From: an uncultured Vicinamibacterales bacterium
Lineage (GTDB): Bacteria > Acidobacteriota > Vicinamibacteria > Vicinamibacterales > JAKQTR01
Assembly (NCBI GenBank): GCA_964481395.1
Contig: CAYZYG010000013.1
Span: 1,452 to 65,451, forward strand
Direction of reading: 5' to 3'
Length of the DNA stretch: 64,000 nucleotides
A program made the position numbers and the translations under genes. Position 1 is the stretch's first letter; every line of letters begins with the position of its first letter. This document shows positions 16,727 to 26,599 of the stretch, piece after piece. The notes under the pieces are model-generated. The model was not told the origin of the DNA and ran no database searches. It worked only from the letters and a program-made list of their open reading frames with translations.

Positions 16727-17158
16727 ATGGTACCTGTCCGCACATCATGCGGCCGATCAACCCGGGCCGCACGCTCGAGGCTGCCGCGCATGGCCGCCAT
16801 CGCCGCGCTCGTCGGGTGCACGCTCGCACTCGGCGGCCCGCCGATGCGGGCCGGTTCGTTCGGTGACGCTTCGGCTGCGCGCGAAGGCCACGCGCCGGCG
16901 AGGAGGCCGGCGGCGGATCGCCCATCCGGCGGCGCCGTCGCCGATCGTGTGTGGGAACCGCTCGCGGCACTGCCTGCCCAGTCGGCCGAGCTCGCGGGCC
17001 TGATCGCACTCGGCCTGAGCCTGCTCGGCGCCGGCCGTTACATGCGCCGCACTCCGGCACGGAAGACACGGACGGGCACGGGCATCCGGGCGCGGGGTGC
17101 CGGCACGGCGCCGCGATCGCTGGCGGAGCGCCTGTCGGCGCGGATTTCGGCGCGCTAA
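16727..17158 (+). CDS. small secreted/membrane-anchored protein of unknown function (PEP-CTERM-like segment, non-canonical)
   Basis: AGGAGG 10 nt upstream of the ATG; high GC3. Signal-peptide-like N-terminus (RSRLPRMAAIAALVGCTLALGG). Near the C-terminus: VWEP...SAELAGLIALGLSLLGAGRYMRR followed by a 36-aa basic tail. First gene of the glycosyltransferase operon. Confidence 0.55.
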   Translation: MVPVRTSCGRSTRAARSRLPRMAAIAALVGCTLALGGPPMRAGSFGDASAAREGHAPARRPAADRPSGGAVADRVWEPLAALPAQSAELAGLIALGLSLLGAGRYMRRTPARKTRTGTGIRARGAGTAPRSLAERLSARISAR

Positions 17159-17170
17159 GAGGCGGATCCC

Positions 17171-18049
17171 ATGGCCGATCTGACGTTCATCACGCTGACC
17201 TGGAACTCCCAGGCCTACATCCGCGGGTGCCTCGACTCGATCCTGTGGCGCTCGTCCGCCGACGGGCTGACGTCGCGGATCATCGTGGTGGACAACGGAT
17301 CGCGGGATCGCACCATCGACATCGTCAACGAGTTCCGCAGCGATCAGGCGGACACGGTCAGTCTCATCGCCCTCGATCGGAACCTCGGTACGACCCACCC
17401 CCGCAACCTGGCGCTCCGTCGGGCAGAGAGCCCGTTCATCTGTGTTCTCGACTCCGACACCGAGTTCCTGTCGGGGTCCGTCCGGCCGGCGCTCGACAGG
17501 CTCGAGTCGGACCGGCGGATTGCGATCATCGCGCCGCGGCTCGTGCTGCCGGATGGAAGCACGCAGCACTCGGTCAAGCGCTTTCCCACGTTCATCGACA
17601 AGATCAGAAAGGTGCCGCGCATCGTCCTGGGACGGCACGTGCCGCGCACGGACTTCTATCCGACGTTTCCGTTCGGGACCTGCACGCGGGTCGAAACGGC
17701 GATTTCGGCCTGCTGGCTGATGAGAAGGGACATCCTGGACTCGGTGGGATTCCTCGACGAGGGCATCTTCTACGCGCCAGAGGACCTCGACTATTCGGCG
17801 CGCGTCCGCGAGGCGGGGCTCGACATCCTGTACGACCCCGGCCTGACGCTGCTGCACCATACACAGCAGATCTCGCATCGGCGGCCGCTGTCCCGCATCT
17901 CGCTGTCTCACCTGAAGGGTCTGCTCCGGTATCACCGCCGGCACGGCGGGTGGGTCAGGCTGCCGGGCCGTCTCGCCGCAGCGCGCCGGCCGGAAGAACC
18001 CCGGACCACGACCGTGGCCGCACCCACGCGGCACGCGAGCGCATCATGA
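17171..18049 (+). CDS. glycosyltransferase family 2
   Basis: FITLTWNSQAYIRGCLDSI, IIVVDNGSRDRT, VLDSDTEF (DxD) and APEDLDYSARV motifs. Confidence 0.9.
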   Translation: MADLTFITLTWNSQAYIRGCLDSILWRSSADGLTSRIIVVDNGSRDRTIDIVNEFRSDQADTVSLIALDRNLGTTHPRNLALRRAESPFICVLDSDTEFLSGSVRPALDRLESDRRIAIIAPRLVLPDGSTQHSVKRFPTFIDKIRKVPRIVLGRHVPRTDFYPTFPFGTCTRVETAISACWLMRRDILDSVGFLDEGIFYAPEDLDYSARVREAGLDILYDPGLTLLHHTQQISHRRPLSRISLSHLKGLLRYHRRHGGWVRLPGRLAAARRPEEPRTTTVAAPTRHASAS

Positions 18050-19200
18050 CCGCGACGACCGCGCCCCGCAGCGCGTGGCTGGACTCGCGGCCGCCCCTGT
18101 GCGTGGTCCACCTCGTCACGAGCCTGGCCATCGGCGGCCTGGAGAAGGTCGTCCTGGATCTGGTGCGGCACCGCACGCGGAATCGCTTCGGTGCGCGTGT
18201 CATCTGCCTCGACCGATCGGGAGTCCTCCAGCAAGGATTCGCCGAACTGGGCGTTCCGGTCGAGAGTATCGGCACCGGGGGCTCGGTACCAGCGAGAATC
18301 CTCAGGCTGGCCGGACGCCTGCGGCGGATCAGACCGCACGTGCTCCACACGCACAACCCACAGGCCCACCTGCACGGCACGCTCGCCGCGAAGCTGGCCG
18401 GCGTACCGGTGGTGGTCCACACGAGACACGGTCGCCAGTACATCGACAGACAGCCGCTTGCGGCGTTCAGCCGCCTGGCGTCCCGCTGGACGAACGAGTT
18501 CGTTGCGGTGTCAGAGGACGCGGCGGATCTGGCGCGGGAGACGGAAGGGGTCCCTGCCGGGCGGCTGCACGTCATCCGCAACGGCATCGACCTCGAGCGC
18601 TTCGATTTCAAGGCCGGACGCGCCGCCGATCGGCTGTCGCGGGCCATCAGTGTCGGGCGGCTCGATCCCATCAAGGACCACGCCACCCTGCTGCGGGCCG
18701 TTCGTCTCGTCGTGGACGAGGTGCCGGCCTTCCAGCTCGACGTCGTCGGGGATGGACCGTGCCGGGCGGAGCTGGAATCGCTGCGCGCACGGCTGGGGCT
18801 CAGCCCGCACGTGCGCTTTCTCGGCTACCGGGAGGACGTCTCCCCCCTCCTCGCGGCCGCCGGGCTGTTCGTGCTGTCCTCGACGAGCGAGGGACTCTCG
18901 CTGGCCTTGCTCGAATCGATGGCCGCCGGGCTTCCGGCCGTCGTCACCGACGTCGGCGGTAATCGCGAGGTCGTCGTGCCCGGAGAGACGGGCCTCCTGG
19001 TGCCCGCGCGCTCGCCCGATGCATTGGCCGGAGCCATGAGACGCCTGCTCACCAGCGGATCCGACGCCGTGCGAATGGGCCTCGCGGCCCGACGGAGGAT
19101 CGAGTCACACTTCAACGTCAGGCGCGTCGTCGAGCACTACGAGCGGATGTACTGCGCGTGCCTCGACCCGACCGGGACGCTCCCGCCGGTGACGAGGTGA
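18046..19200 (+). CDS. glycosyltransferase family 4 (GT-B); resembles the PEP-CTERM/EpsH1-associated sugar transferase type
   Basis: ATGA start/stop overlap with the upstream gene. CVVHLVTSLAIGGLEKVVLDL N-terminus. C-terminal SSTSEGLSLALLESMAAGLPAVVTDVGGNREVV (E-x7-E region). Confidence 0.85.
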   Translation: MTATTAPRSAWLDSRPPLCVVHLVTSLAIGGLEKVVLDLVRHRTRNRFGARVICLDRSGVLQQGFAELGVPVESIGTGGSVPARILRLAGRLRRIRPHVLHTHNPQAHLHGTLAAKLAGVPVVVHTRHGRQYIDRQPLAAFSRLASRWTNEFVAVSEDAADLARETEGVPAGRLHVIRNGIDLERFDFKAGRAADRLSRAISVGRLDPIKDHATLLRAVRLVVDEVPAFQLDVVGDGPCRAELESLRARLGLSPHVRFLGYREDVSPLLAAAGLFVLSSTSEGLSLALLESMAAGLPAVVTDVGGNREVVVPGETGLLVPARSPDALAGAMRRLLTSGSDAVRMGLAARRRIESHFNVRRVVEHYERMYCACLDPTGTLPPVTR

Positions 19201-19202
19201 CC

Positions 19203-20414
19203 ATGCGGATCCTCTTCATCACCGGGAACTTCCCGAATCCGCTCGAGCCCACACGCGGCATGTTCAACGACCAGACCGCGCGGGCGCTGGCTCGCGCGAA
19301 CGAGGTCACCGTCATCGCACCGGTGTCGTGGCGGGACCGGTGGCGCCAGCGCGGCAGCGGGGCGTTGCCCCCTGTCGAGTTCCGTGACGGCCTGACCGTA
19401 CACCATCCGCTGTACGTCTATCCGCCGGGAATGCTGAGAACCGCCTACGAGTGGTTCCTGTGGCAGTCGGTTCGCCGCACCGTCCAGCGGGTCCTGTCGG
19501 GCTTCCGCCCCGACGTCGTGTTCGGGTTCTGGGTGCATCCTGATGGCGCGACCGCCGTCAGAATCGCGCGCGGGCTCGGCGTGCCGGGCGTCGTGATGGC
19601 CGGCGGATCTGACGTCCTGCTGCTCGGCCGCGACCTGCGCCGCCGCCGTTGCCTGACATCAGCGCTCCAGAGCGCGGACGGGGTCGTCTGCGTCAGCCAT
19701 CACCTGAAGAAAGCGGTCGAAGAACTCGGCGTGCCCGGCGATCACGTGCACGTCGTCGACAACGGTGTCGACCCGGCGCTGTTTTCGCCCGGCGATCGGC
19801 AGTCGGCACGCGTCCGTCTGGGCCTGGATCCCGGCGCGCCCATGTTGCTCTGGGTGGGTCGGATGGTCGCGGTGAAGGGTCTCGACGTGCTGCTCGACGC
19901 ATTTGCCGCGTCGGAGCCCGATCGAACCGGCGCGACCCTGTGCCTCGCCGGTGACGGACCGCTCAAGCAGGTCCTGTCGGAACGGGCCGCCGAGCTCGGC
20001 GTGGCCAGGAGGGTGCGGTTCGTGGGCAGCGTTCCGCACGGGGATCTGGCTGACTGGTTCAGGGCCGCCAGCGCCACCGTGCTGCCCAGCTGGTCGGAAG
20101 GATCACCAAACGTGCTGCTCGAGTCGATCGCCTGCGGCACGCCGTTCGTCGCGAGTGCCGTCGGGGGCGTCCCCGAAATCGCGGATGCCGCGCTGGACAG
20201 GCTGGTCCCGCCGGGAGACGTGACCGCACTCGCCGCTGCCATGAGGGCGGTGACCGCAGCGCCGGTGGCGGCCGCCACGGCCCGCCTGCGATGCACGTGG
20301 GATCAGCACGCCGGCCAACTCGAAGAGGTCTTTCGGATCGCCGGCGCCGTCGCCGCCCGGCGCCAGGGCGGTTCGCAGGCGCTTCAGCGCCTCGCCGGGG
20401 CACCGACATCATGA
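19203..20414 (+). CDS. glycosyltransferase family 4 (GT-B)
   Basis: GAGGTGA RBS. MRILFITGNFPNPLEPTRG N-terminus. C-terminal PSWSEGSPNVLLESIACGTPFVASAVGGVPEI. Confidence 0.85.
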   Translation: MRILFITGNFPNPLEPTRGMFNDQTARALARANEVTVIAPVSWRDRWRQRGSGALPPVEFRDGLTVHHPLYVYPPGMLRTAYEWFLWQSVRRTVQRVLSGFRPDVVFGFWVHPDGATAVRIARGLGVPGVVMAGGSDVLLLGRDLRRRRCLTSALQSADGVVCVSHHLKKAVEELGVPGDHVHVVDNGVDPALFSPGDRQSARVRLGLDPGAPMLLWVGRMVAVKGLDVLLDAFAASEPDRTGATLCLAGDGPLKQVLSERAAELGVARRVRFVGSVPHGDLADWFRAASATVLPSWSEGSPNVLLESIACGTPFVASAVGGVPEIADAALDRLVPPGDVTALAAAMRAVTAAPVAAATARLRCTWDQHAGQLEEVFRIAGAVAARRQGGSQALQRLAGAPTS

Positions 20415-21793
20415 CTGCCAGAGCCTTGCCGCCCCGCGTCCTGTTCGTGGCCTACGCGTTTCCGCCCGTCGGCGGTGCCGGGGTGCAGCGCGTGACGAAG
20501 TTCGCGAAGTACCTGCCGGACTGGGGCTGGCAGGTCTCCGTGCTCACGGTGTCGAATCCGTCGGTGCCTGTGGCGGACACCACCCTCGTCGCCGACGTTC
20601 CGCCGGACACCCTCGTCCGGAGGGCCAGGACCCTGGAGCCGTCCTACTCGACGAAGGCGCTGGTGTCAGCCACGGGAGGGCGCTGCGCGACCGGAGCGCG
20701 GTGCGTTCGTCGGGTCGCGGGCGCGGCTGTGCGGCGTCTGGCCACGGGCGTCCTGCAACCGGATCCTCAACTCCTCTGGCTTCCGGCCGCGGTCCGCGAA
20801 GGTCGGCGTCTGCTCGAATCCGTGCCCCACGCGGCAATCGTCGCGACGGGGCCTCCCTTCTCGTCGTTCCTGGTCGCCGCCCGGCTGCAGCGGGCATCCG
20901 GCCTGCCGCTCGTGCTCGACTACCGCGACGAATGGGATCTCACGAACCGCTTCCATGAGAACAAGAAGTACGGGCGCCTGGCGAGCCGGCTCAACCGCCT
21001 GATGGAACGAGCCGTCACGCGCCGCGCGAGCGCCATCGTCGCCACCAGTGAGGCGAGCGCGAGGGCCATCATGGCGGCACGCGATCCCCGCGCCGTGCCC
21101 GTTCCGGTCGTCTGCCTGCGCAACGGCTTCGATCCCGAGGACTTCGCCTCGCCGGCGTCGGCGACGCCCGCGGGCGGTGACCGCCGCTTCCGGCTCGTGT
21201 ACACCGGCACCCTGTGGGCGCACACCTCCGTGGCGCCGCTCGTCGACGCCGTCGAGCGGCTCTGCCGCGAGCGACCGGACCTGGCTGATCGTCTGGAACT
21301 CGTGTTCGCGGGGCGCCGCACGGAAGCTCAGGAACAGTTGCTGTCACGCCTGTCGGGGACCGGCGTCCACCTCGTGGTGCATCCGTATCTCGACCATCAT
21401 CAGGTCATCGACCTGATGCGCTCGGCCAACGCGCTCTGCTCGCTGACGACCGACGCCCCGGACGCCGAGCGGTTCCTCAACGCCAAAATCTTCGAGTACA
21501 TGGCGGCGAGACGCCCGATTCTCGCCATCGCCCCGCGCGGTGACCTGTGGCGGGTTCTGGACGAGTACCCGGCGGCCAGCCGCTTCGTCCCGGCTGACGT
21601 ACCGGCCATCGCCGCGTGCCTGGTCCACAAGCTCAGCCGGTTCGCGACAGGGGCGGCCGAGCCGCCCGTCGAGTGGGACGGTCACCGGTACGATCGACGG
21701 CAGCAGGCAGGCGAGCTGTCAGGGCTGCTCGCCAGGGTCGCGGGTCTGTCCGACGCGTCGGCGAGACTGGCCCTCGAGGTGTGTGCGGCATGA
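20411..21793 (+). CDS. glycosyltransferase (GT-B fold, GT4-like, divergent)
   Basis: ATGA overlap with the upstream gene. RVLFVAYAFPPVGGAGVQRVTKFAKYL N-terminus typical of GT-B enzymes. The C-terminal half is less canonical. Confidence 0.7.
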   Translation: MTARALPPRVLFVAYAFPPVGGAGVQRVTKFAKYLPDWGWQVSVLTVSNPSVPVADTTLVADVPPDTLVRRARTLEPSYSTKALVSATGGRCATGARCVRRVAGAAVRRLATGVLQPDPQLLWLPAAVREGRRLLESVPHAAIVATGPPFSSFLVAARLQRASGLPLVLDYRDEWDLTNRFHENKKYGRLASRLNRLMERAVTRRASAIVATSEASARAIMAARDPRAVPVPVVCLRNGFDPEDFASPASATPAGGDRRFRLVYTGTLWAHTSVAPLVDAVERLCRERPDLADRLELVFAGRRTEAQEQLLSRLSGTGVHLVVHPYLDHHQVIDLMRSANALCSLTTDAPDAERFLNAKIFEYMAARRPILAIAPRGDLWRVLDEYPAASRFVPADVPAIAACLVHKLSRFATGAAEPPVEWDGHRYDRRQQAGELSGLLARVAGLSDASARLALEVCAA

Positions 21794-23085
21794 CGTACGC
21801 CCTGACGCTGCTCTACGTCGCGTTGATCTACATCCGCCCGGGAGAGATCTTCCCCCAGCTCGCTGGCCTGCCGATCCTGGCGCTGGTTGCGGGCGCGGCG
21901 GTCGTGTCTGCGGCTGCGTCGCTCCTGTCGGAGCCGCGGCCGTTTGCCGACCTGCCCAACGACTGGTGCTACCTCGGGTTCATCGCGGCAGCCGTGCTGT
22001 CGCTGCCTGCCAACGGCTGGTTCGGAGGAGCGGCCGTCGCGTTCGCGAAGCTGCAGCCGCTCGTCGTGCTGTACCTCCTCATCAGAATCGCCGTCCGAAG
22101 CGAGCGGCAGATTCGCGGGTTCGCGACCCTGCTCGTGTGCCTCACCCTGTTCCAGGCGGCCAACGGCATCGTGCAGCACTGGACCGGGATCGGGTTCGGG
22201 CAGACCACCGCGCTGGACCAGTACTACGAGGACGGGTCGGAGGACCTCCTGGGAGGGGGCCAGGCGGAAGTGGTGAAGCGCATCCGGGGCACGGGCATCT
22301 TCGGCGATCCCAACGATCTCGCGATGAGCCTCGTCATCGTCATGCCGTTTCTGTTCGCGCCGATTCTCGCGGCCGACCGGGGCTTGCTCCGGCGCGTGCT
22401 GGCGGCCGGTGGGCTCGGGATTCTGCTCTACGCGCTCTTTCTGACGCAGTCGCGCGGGGGACTGCTCGGCCTCGCCGTCATGGGGGCGTTCTACGCCTAC
22501 CGCCGGATGGGAAAGGCTTCCGTGCTCGCGGCCGTCGCGGCGTCGGCCATCCTGATCGTGGCCGGCTCCGGCCGGCTGCAGGCGATGAACGCGTCGGAGG
22601 ACTCGGCCCAGGGGCGCATCCAGGCCTGGTCGGCCGGCCTCGAGATGCTGAAGTGGAAGCCGGTGCTCGGCGTCGGCTACGACACGTTCACCGACCACCA
22701 CCACCTGGTCGCGCACAATTCCTTCGTGCACACCGTCGCGGAACTGGGAATGGTCGGGGGCGTGCTCTTCATCGGAGCGTTCTACTGGCTCCTGGTCGGC
22801 AACGGGTCGTCGCGAAACAGGGCGGGAACGCCGGGCTCATCGCTGGCCCCGGAGGTCTGGGCCGGCGGCATCGCGCTGGTGGTGTGCGCGTGCTTCCTTT
22901 CCCGGCAGTACAGTCCCGTGCTCCACATCCCGCTTGCGCTTGGCGCCGCGCGTATCGCCTCGGGCCTGCGCGAACGCGGGGAGCGCGTCGAGCAGGGGCC
23001 CGCGGACTGGGTCGCCGTGGCGGCTGTGTCGTTCGGGGTGGTCGTGTGTGCGTATGTCGCCGTTCGCGTGCTGGCTTCCTGGTAG
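21790..23085 (+). CDS. O-antigen ligase/polymerase-like membrane protein (Wzy_C domain)
   Basis: ATGA overlap with the upstream gene. About 10-12 TM helices. LTQSRGGLLGLAVMGAFY and AHNSFVHTVAELGMVG motifs typical of the Wzy_C/O-antigen ligase family. Confidence 0.8.
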   Translation: MTYALTLLYVALIYIRPGEIFPQLAGLPILALVAGAAVVSAAASLLSEPRPFADLPNDWCYLGFIAAAVLSLPANGWFGGAAVAFAKLQPLVVLYLLIRIAVRSERQIRGFATLLVCLTLFQAANGIVQHWTGIGFGQTTALDQYYEDGSEDLLGGGQAEVVKRIRGTGIFGDPNDLAMSLVIVMPFLFAPILAADRGLLRRVLAAGGLGILLYALFLTQSRGGLLGLAVMGAFYAYRRMGKASVLAAVAASAILIVAGSGRLQAMNASEDSAQGRIQAWSAGLEMLKWKPVLGVGYDTFTDHHHLVAHNSFVHTVAELGMVGGVLFIGAFYWLLVGNGSSRNRAGTPGSSLAPEVWAGGIALVVCACFLSRQYSPVLHIPLALGAARIASGLRERGERVEQGPADWVAVAAVSFGVVVCAYVAVRVLASW

Positions 23086-23109
23086 CACGGGGAACTGAGG
23101 AGAGTGTCC

Positions 23110-24147
23110 ATGTTGCGCAAGTGGATGAGGGCCGGCGGCCTCCATGTGGCCCTGCCGCTGCTCGCCGTCGTGTTCGCCTGCTCGTCGACCAAGTCGTCTC
23201 CGACCTCCCCCACGGACGTCACGGATCCCCCGACGACCGGGGGCGGGGGCACATCGCTGGTGCGGCTCACGGAGGACCTGACGGGACGCTCCCTGTTCCC
23301 CGCGGACAACTGGTGGAACCAGGACATCTCGCGCGCGCCCGTGGATCCCCAGTCGGCGGCGTTCATCGGCTTCATCGGCCGGACGCGGACGTTGCACCCT
23401 GATTTCGGCCCGCCGCCGTACGGCATCCCCTACGTGACGGTTGGCGGCAGCCAGCCGCGGGTGCCGATCGGGTGGTTCGAGTACGACGACGAGAGCGACA
23501 GGGGCGTGCCGGGCGAGGCACCGGGATATCCGATTCCGGAGGAAGCGAAGACCCTGCCGAACTACATCGAAGGCGGTGAGCCGGGAGGGGGCGACTCCGG
23601 TGACCGCCATCTGCTCATCGTCGATCGCGACCGCTGGATCCTCTACGAGACGTTCGCGACGAGATGGAACCGGGCGGCGGGCCGCTGGGAGGCTGGGTCC
23701 GGCGCCATTTTCAACCTGGCGAGCAACGCGCGCCGCCCCGAGGGCTGGACCTCGGCCGACGCCGCGGGCCTGGCCATTCTGCCCGGGCTCGTGCGTTTCG
23801 AAGAAGTGTACGGCAGTGCGCCCATCCGGCACGCGCTGCGCTTCACGACCCGGTCGACCAACGGGTACGTGTGGCCAGCCTCGCACGCCGCCGGCTCGAC
23901 CAGCGGCGCCCCGCCGCTGGGCACGCGGCTGCGGTTGAAAGCGTCAGTCGATCTGTCGGGATTCGCGGCGCCGGTCAGGAAGATCTTCGAGGCGATGAAG
24001 ACCTACGGGCTGATTCTCGCCGACAACGGCAGCGACATGTACATCTCGGGGACGATGGACCCGCGCTGGAATAACGATGAGCTCAACGGCCCCTTCCGCC
24101 AGCTCCGTGCGGACGACTTCGAGGTCATCGAACTCGGCTGGCGCTGA
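23110..24147 (+). CDS. conserved secreted lipoprotein of unknown function
   Basis: GAGGAG RBS. Lipobox LLAVVFAC. Motifs GDRHLLIVDRDRWILYETF, IRHALRFT, PPLGTRLRLK and YGLILADNGSDMYISG. No family I can name. Confidence 0.6.
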   Translation: MLRKWMRAGGLHVALPLLAVVFACSSTKSSPTSPTDVTDPPTTGGGGTSLVRLTEDLTGRSLFPADNWWNQDISRAPVDPQSAAFIGFIGRTRTLHPDFGPPPYGIPYVTVGGSQPRVPIGWFEYDDESDRGVPGEAPGYPIPEEAKTLPNYIEGGEPGGGDSGDRHLLIVDRDRWILYETFATRWNRAAGRWEAGSGAIFNLASNARRPEGWTSADAAGLAILPGLVRFEEVYGSAPIRHALRFTTRSTNGYVWPASHAAGSTSGAPPLGTRLRLKASVDLSGFAAPVRKIFEAMKTYGLILADNGSDMYISGTMDPRWNNDELNGPFRQLRADDFEVIELGWR

Positions 24148-24173
24148 CGGCGTCGGGCCCTGATGGACGCGTG

Positions 24174-25202
24174 ATGAACTGGCGACTGAAATCGGCTCTG
24201 CTGCAGGCGATCGAGCGCCTGCCCTCCTCGGCGTCGTACGCGACCTACTACTGGCTCCAGCGGCATCTGGGGCGCTCGCAGGTCGTCGACGTGACGACGA
24301 AGCTGCGGCACGGGATTGCGACCTGGACGCACGTGACCGATCAGGGACGCGATCCGCGCGGCCTGACCTTCTTCGAGGTCGGGTCTGGGCGCACGCTGCT
24401 CGTGCCCGTCGCCTACTGGCTCATGGGCGCACGGCGGACGATCACGGTCGATCTGCACCGGTATCTGAGCCTCGACATGGTCCGGGAGAGCCTCCGGCTC
24501 ATCGCGGCCGATCAGGTCCGGATCCGTGCGCTGTTCGGGAACCGGCTCGACAGCTCACGGTTCGACGCGATGCTCGATCTCGGCCGCCGCCGGGACTGGC
24601 CACTCGAGACCTTCCTGGACCTCTGCTCGATCGAGTACATCGCTCCAGGCGATGCCGCCGACACGGGGCTGCCGTCCGGCAGTGTCGACGTGCACACGTC
24701 GTACACGGTCTTCGAGCACATCCCGGAAGACGTCATACGTCGGATCCTCGCCGAGGGGACCCGGATCACCGGGGACCATGGCATCTTCGTCCATCGCGTG
24801 GACTACAGCGACCACTTCTACACGTTCGACAAGGGCATCACCACCATCAACTTCCTGAAGTACTCGGACCGTGCCTGGCGCGCCTACGCCGGGAACCGCT
24901 ACGCGTACACCAACCGGCTGAGGCACGACGACATGCTCCGCCTCTTCGAGGACGCGGGGCACCGCATCGTCGCCACACGCCCGGACGTCGACGAGCGGGC
25001 GCTGGCTCTGCTCAGAAGCGGAACGTTCAGGCTGAACGAGCGGTTCAGCGCCAAGCCCGAGAGCGTGCTCGCCATCTCGGCATCGTGGATTGTGTCGGCG
25101 AAGGAACGGGCGGGAACCGCGCTGCCCGAGGCCGTCGGTGGGAAGCGAATCCGGCGGCATCGGCACAGGGCGCGGTTCTGCGAGTCTCCGTCAGCCCTGT
25201 AG
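24174..25202 (+). CDS. class I SAM-dependent methyltransferase
   Basis: Motif I-like FFEVGSGRT and VDVHTSYTVFEHIPED (methyltransferase type 11/12 pattern). GTG 24171 is an alternative start. Confidence 0.7.
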   Translation: MNWRLKSALLQAIERLPSSASYATYYWLQRHLGRSQVVDVTTKLRHGIATWTHVTDQGRDPRGLTFFEVGSGRTLLVPVAYWLMGARRTITVDLHRYLSLDMVRESLRLIAADQVRIRALFGNRLDSSRFDAMLDLGRRRDWPLETFLDLCSIEYIAPGDAADTGLPSGSVDVHTSYTVFEHIPEDVIRRILAEGTRITGDHGIFVHRVDYSDHFYTFDKGITTINFLKYSDRAWRAYAGNRYAYTNRLRHDDMLRLFEDAGHRIVATRPDVDERALALLRSGTFRLNERFSAKPESVLAISASWIVSAKERAGTALPEAVGGKRIRRHRHRARFCESPSAL

Positions 25203-25267
25203 GCGAGTCCGGCACCGGGCCGGGAGCAAGGGAGCGTGCGACCGGAAACCTACTCGAGGAGCAGATC

Positions 25268-26599
25268 GTGTCCCCCCAACCGCGAACCCGCTCGAACGTG
25301 CCCGCCGCCGCACCGGCCTCGCGCGCCGTGTGGATGCTGCTGGGAGTCGTGCTGGCCGCCCACCTGACGGTAGCGTGGGTCTCCCACGACGGCGTCATCC
25401 AGGATGATGCCGAGGGGTACGTCCTGCTGGGCCGCAACCTGGCCGCCGGGCACGGCTACGTCTTCGAGCCGGGCAGGCTGCCGACATCGTGGAGGGCTCC
25501 GGGATACCCGTTCTTCCTGGCCGTGCTGTTCTGGCTGACCGACGGGTCGCTCGCCGCGGCGCGCGTCGCGTCGGCGCTGCTCTGGACCGTCACCGCCCTC
25601 CTCACGTACCTGCTGGCCCGCAGGCTGACCGGCCAGGCCTCCGCGTTGTTCGCTGCCGCCTTGGCCGGGCTGTCGCCCGAACTCGTCGGGCTGACCGGCC
25701 TGCTGTGGTCGGAAACGCTGTTCACGTGCCTGTTCCTCGCCGCCGTGTGGGCGATGGCCCGGTGGCGCACCGACCGTCCCTCGTGGTGGGCCGCGGCAGC
25801 TATTGGGGGCCTGATCGGCGCCGCGGCGCTCACCCGCTCGACCGCCGTCATCCTGGTTCCGGTGCTCTGGTTCTGCGCGATCACCTCGCAGGTGCCGGCG
25901 ACTCGCCGAGCCCGGGCGGGCCTCCTGGCCAAGGCCGGTCTGGCGACCACGCTCGGCATGGTCGTCGTCGGCGCCTGGAGCATGCGCAACTTCAACGAAC
26001 ACGGGCACTTCATCCTGGTCGAGAGCAACGTGGGCTTCAACCTCTACCTGGGGCACAGCCACGACACGCCTATGCCGTTCGCCTGGAGGAAGGCCTCCCG
26101 GCTCGACCAGGATCGCGTGTACCTGGAGATCGTCGGCGACGCGTCTCACGAGAGCCGGAACCGGGAACTCGCGCGGGCGGCCATCGAACAGATGCGTGAG
26201 GACCCGCTTCGCGCATTCCTCCTCGCGAAGAGCAAGGCCTTCGACTTCTGGCTGCCCGACTTCTTCATCGCCCGCAACATCCGCTCGGGCTCCTTCGGGC
26301 GGGCCTACTCGGACGCGTGGCTACCTGTGCTCGCCGTGACGGTCAGCCTCTACGTGGTCATCGTCGGTACAGCCCTGGCGTATGCGTGGCGCAACCGCCG
26401 ACAGTGGTCGGTGTGGTTCCTCGTGCTGGTCCTGGCGCTCTACACGGCCCCGCACATGCTCGTGTTCGGGGTGAGCCGCCACCACCTGCCTCTGATGCCG
26501 CTGCTGATGATGCTGGCGGCCCCTTGGCTCCACGAGGCCTGCCGCGCCGTGACGAACCTCAGCCCCCGCCTGTGGCCCGGCCGAGCAGCGCGCCCCTGA
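25268..26599 (+). CDS. ArnT/PMT-like glycosyltransferase family 39 membrane protein
   Basis: GAGGAG RBS before GTG 25268. DDAEGYVLLGRNLAAGHGY motif after the first TM helix, then about 10 TM helices. The upstream part of the track ORF (25085) overlaps the previous gene. Confidence 0.75.
   Translation: MSPQPRTRSNVPAAAPASRAVWMLLGVVLAAHLTVAWVSHDGVIQDDAEGYVLLGRNLAAGHGYVFEPGRLPTSWRAPGYPFFLAVLFWLTDGSLAAARVASALLWTVTALLTYLLARRLTGQASALFAAALAGLSPELVGLTGLLWSETLFTCLFLAAVWAMARWRTDRPSWWAAAAIGGLIGAAALTRSTAVILVPVLWFCAITSQVPATRRARAGLLAKAGLATTLGMVVVGAWSMRNFNEHGHFILVESNVGFNLYLGHSHDTPMPFAWRKASRLDQDRVYLEIVGDASHESRNRELARAAIEQMREDPLRAFLLAKSKAFDFWLPDFFIARNIRSGSFGRAYSDAWLPVLAVTVSLYVVIVGTALAYAWRNRRQWSVWFLVLVLALYTAPHMLVFGVSRHHLPLMPLLMMLAAPWLHEACRAVTNLSPRLWPGRAARP

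Noticed and set aside
16951-18045. N-terminal extensions of track ORFs: 16951..19200, 53885..56131, 38872..41859, 43842..45428, 33642..35501, 35926..37473, 15666..16697, 60822..62276, 4067..4939, 53466..54722.
   Set aside because: The upstream parts overlap neighbouring genes or translate intergenic repeat arrays. Internal starts with SD sequences or ATGA coupling give proteins of normal length that begin at conserved N-terminal motifs.
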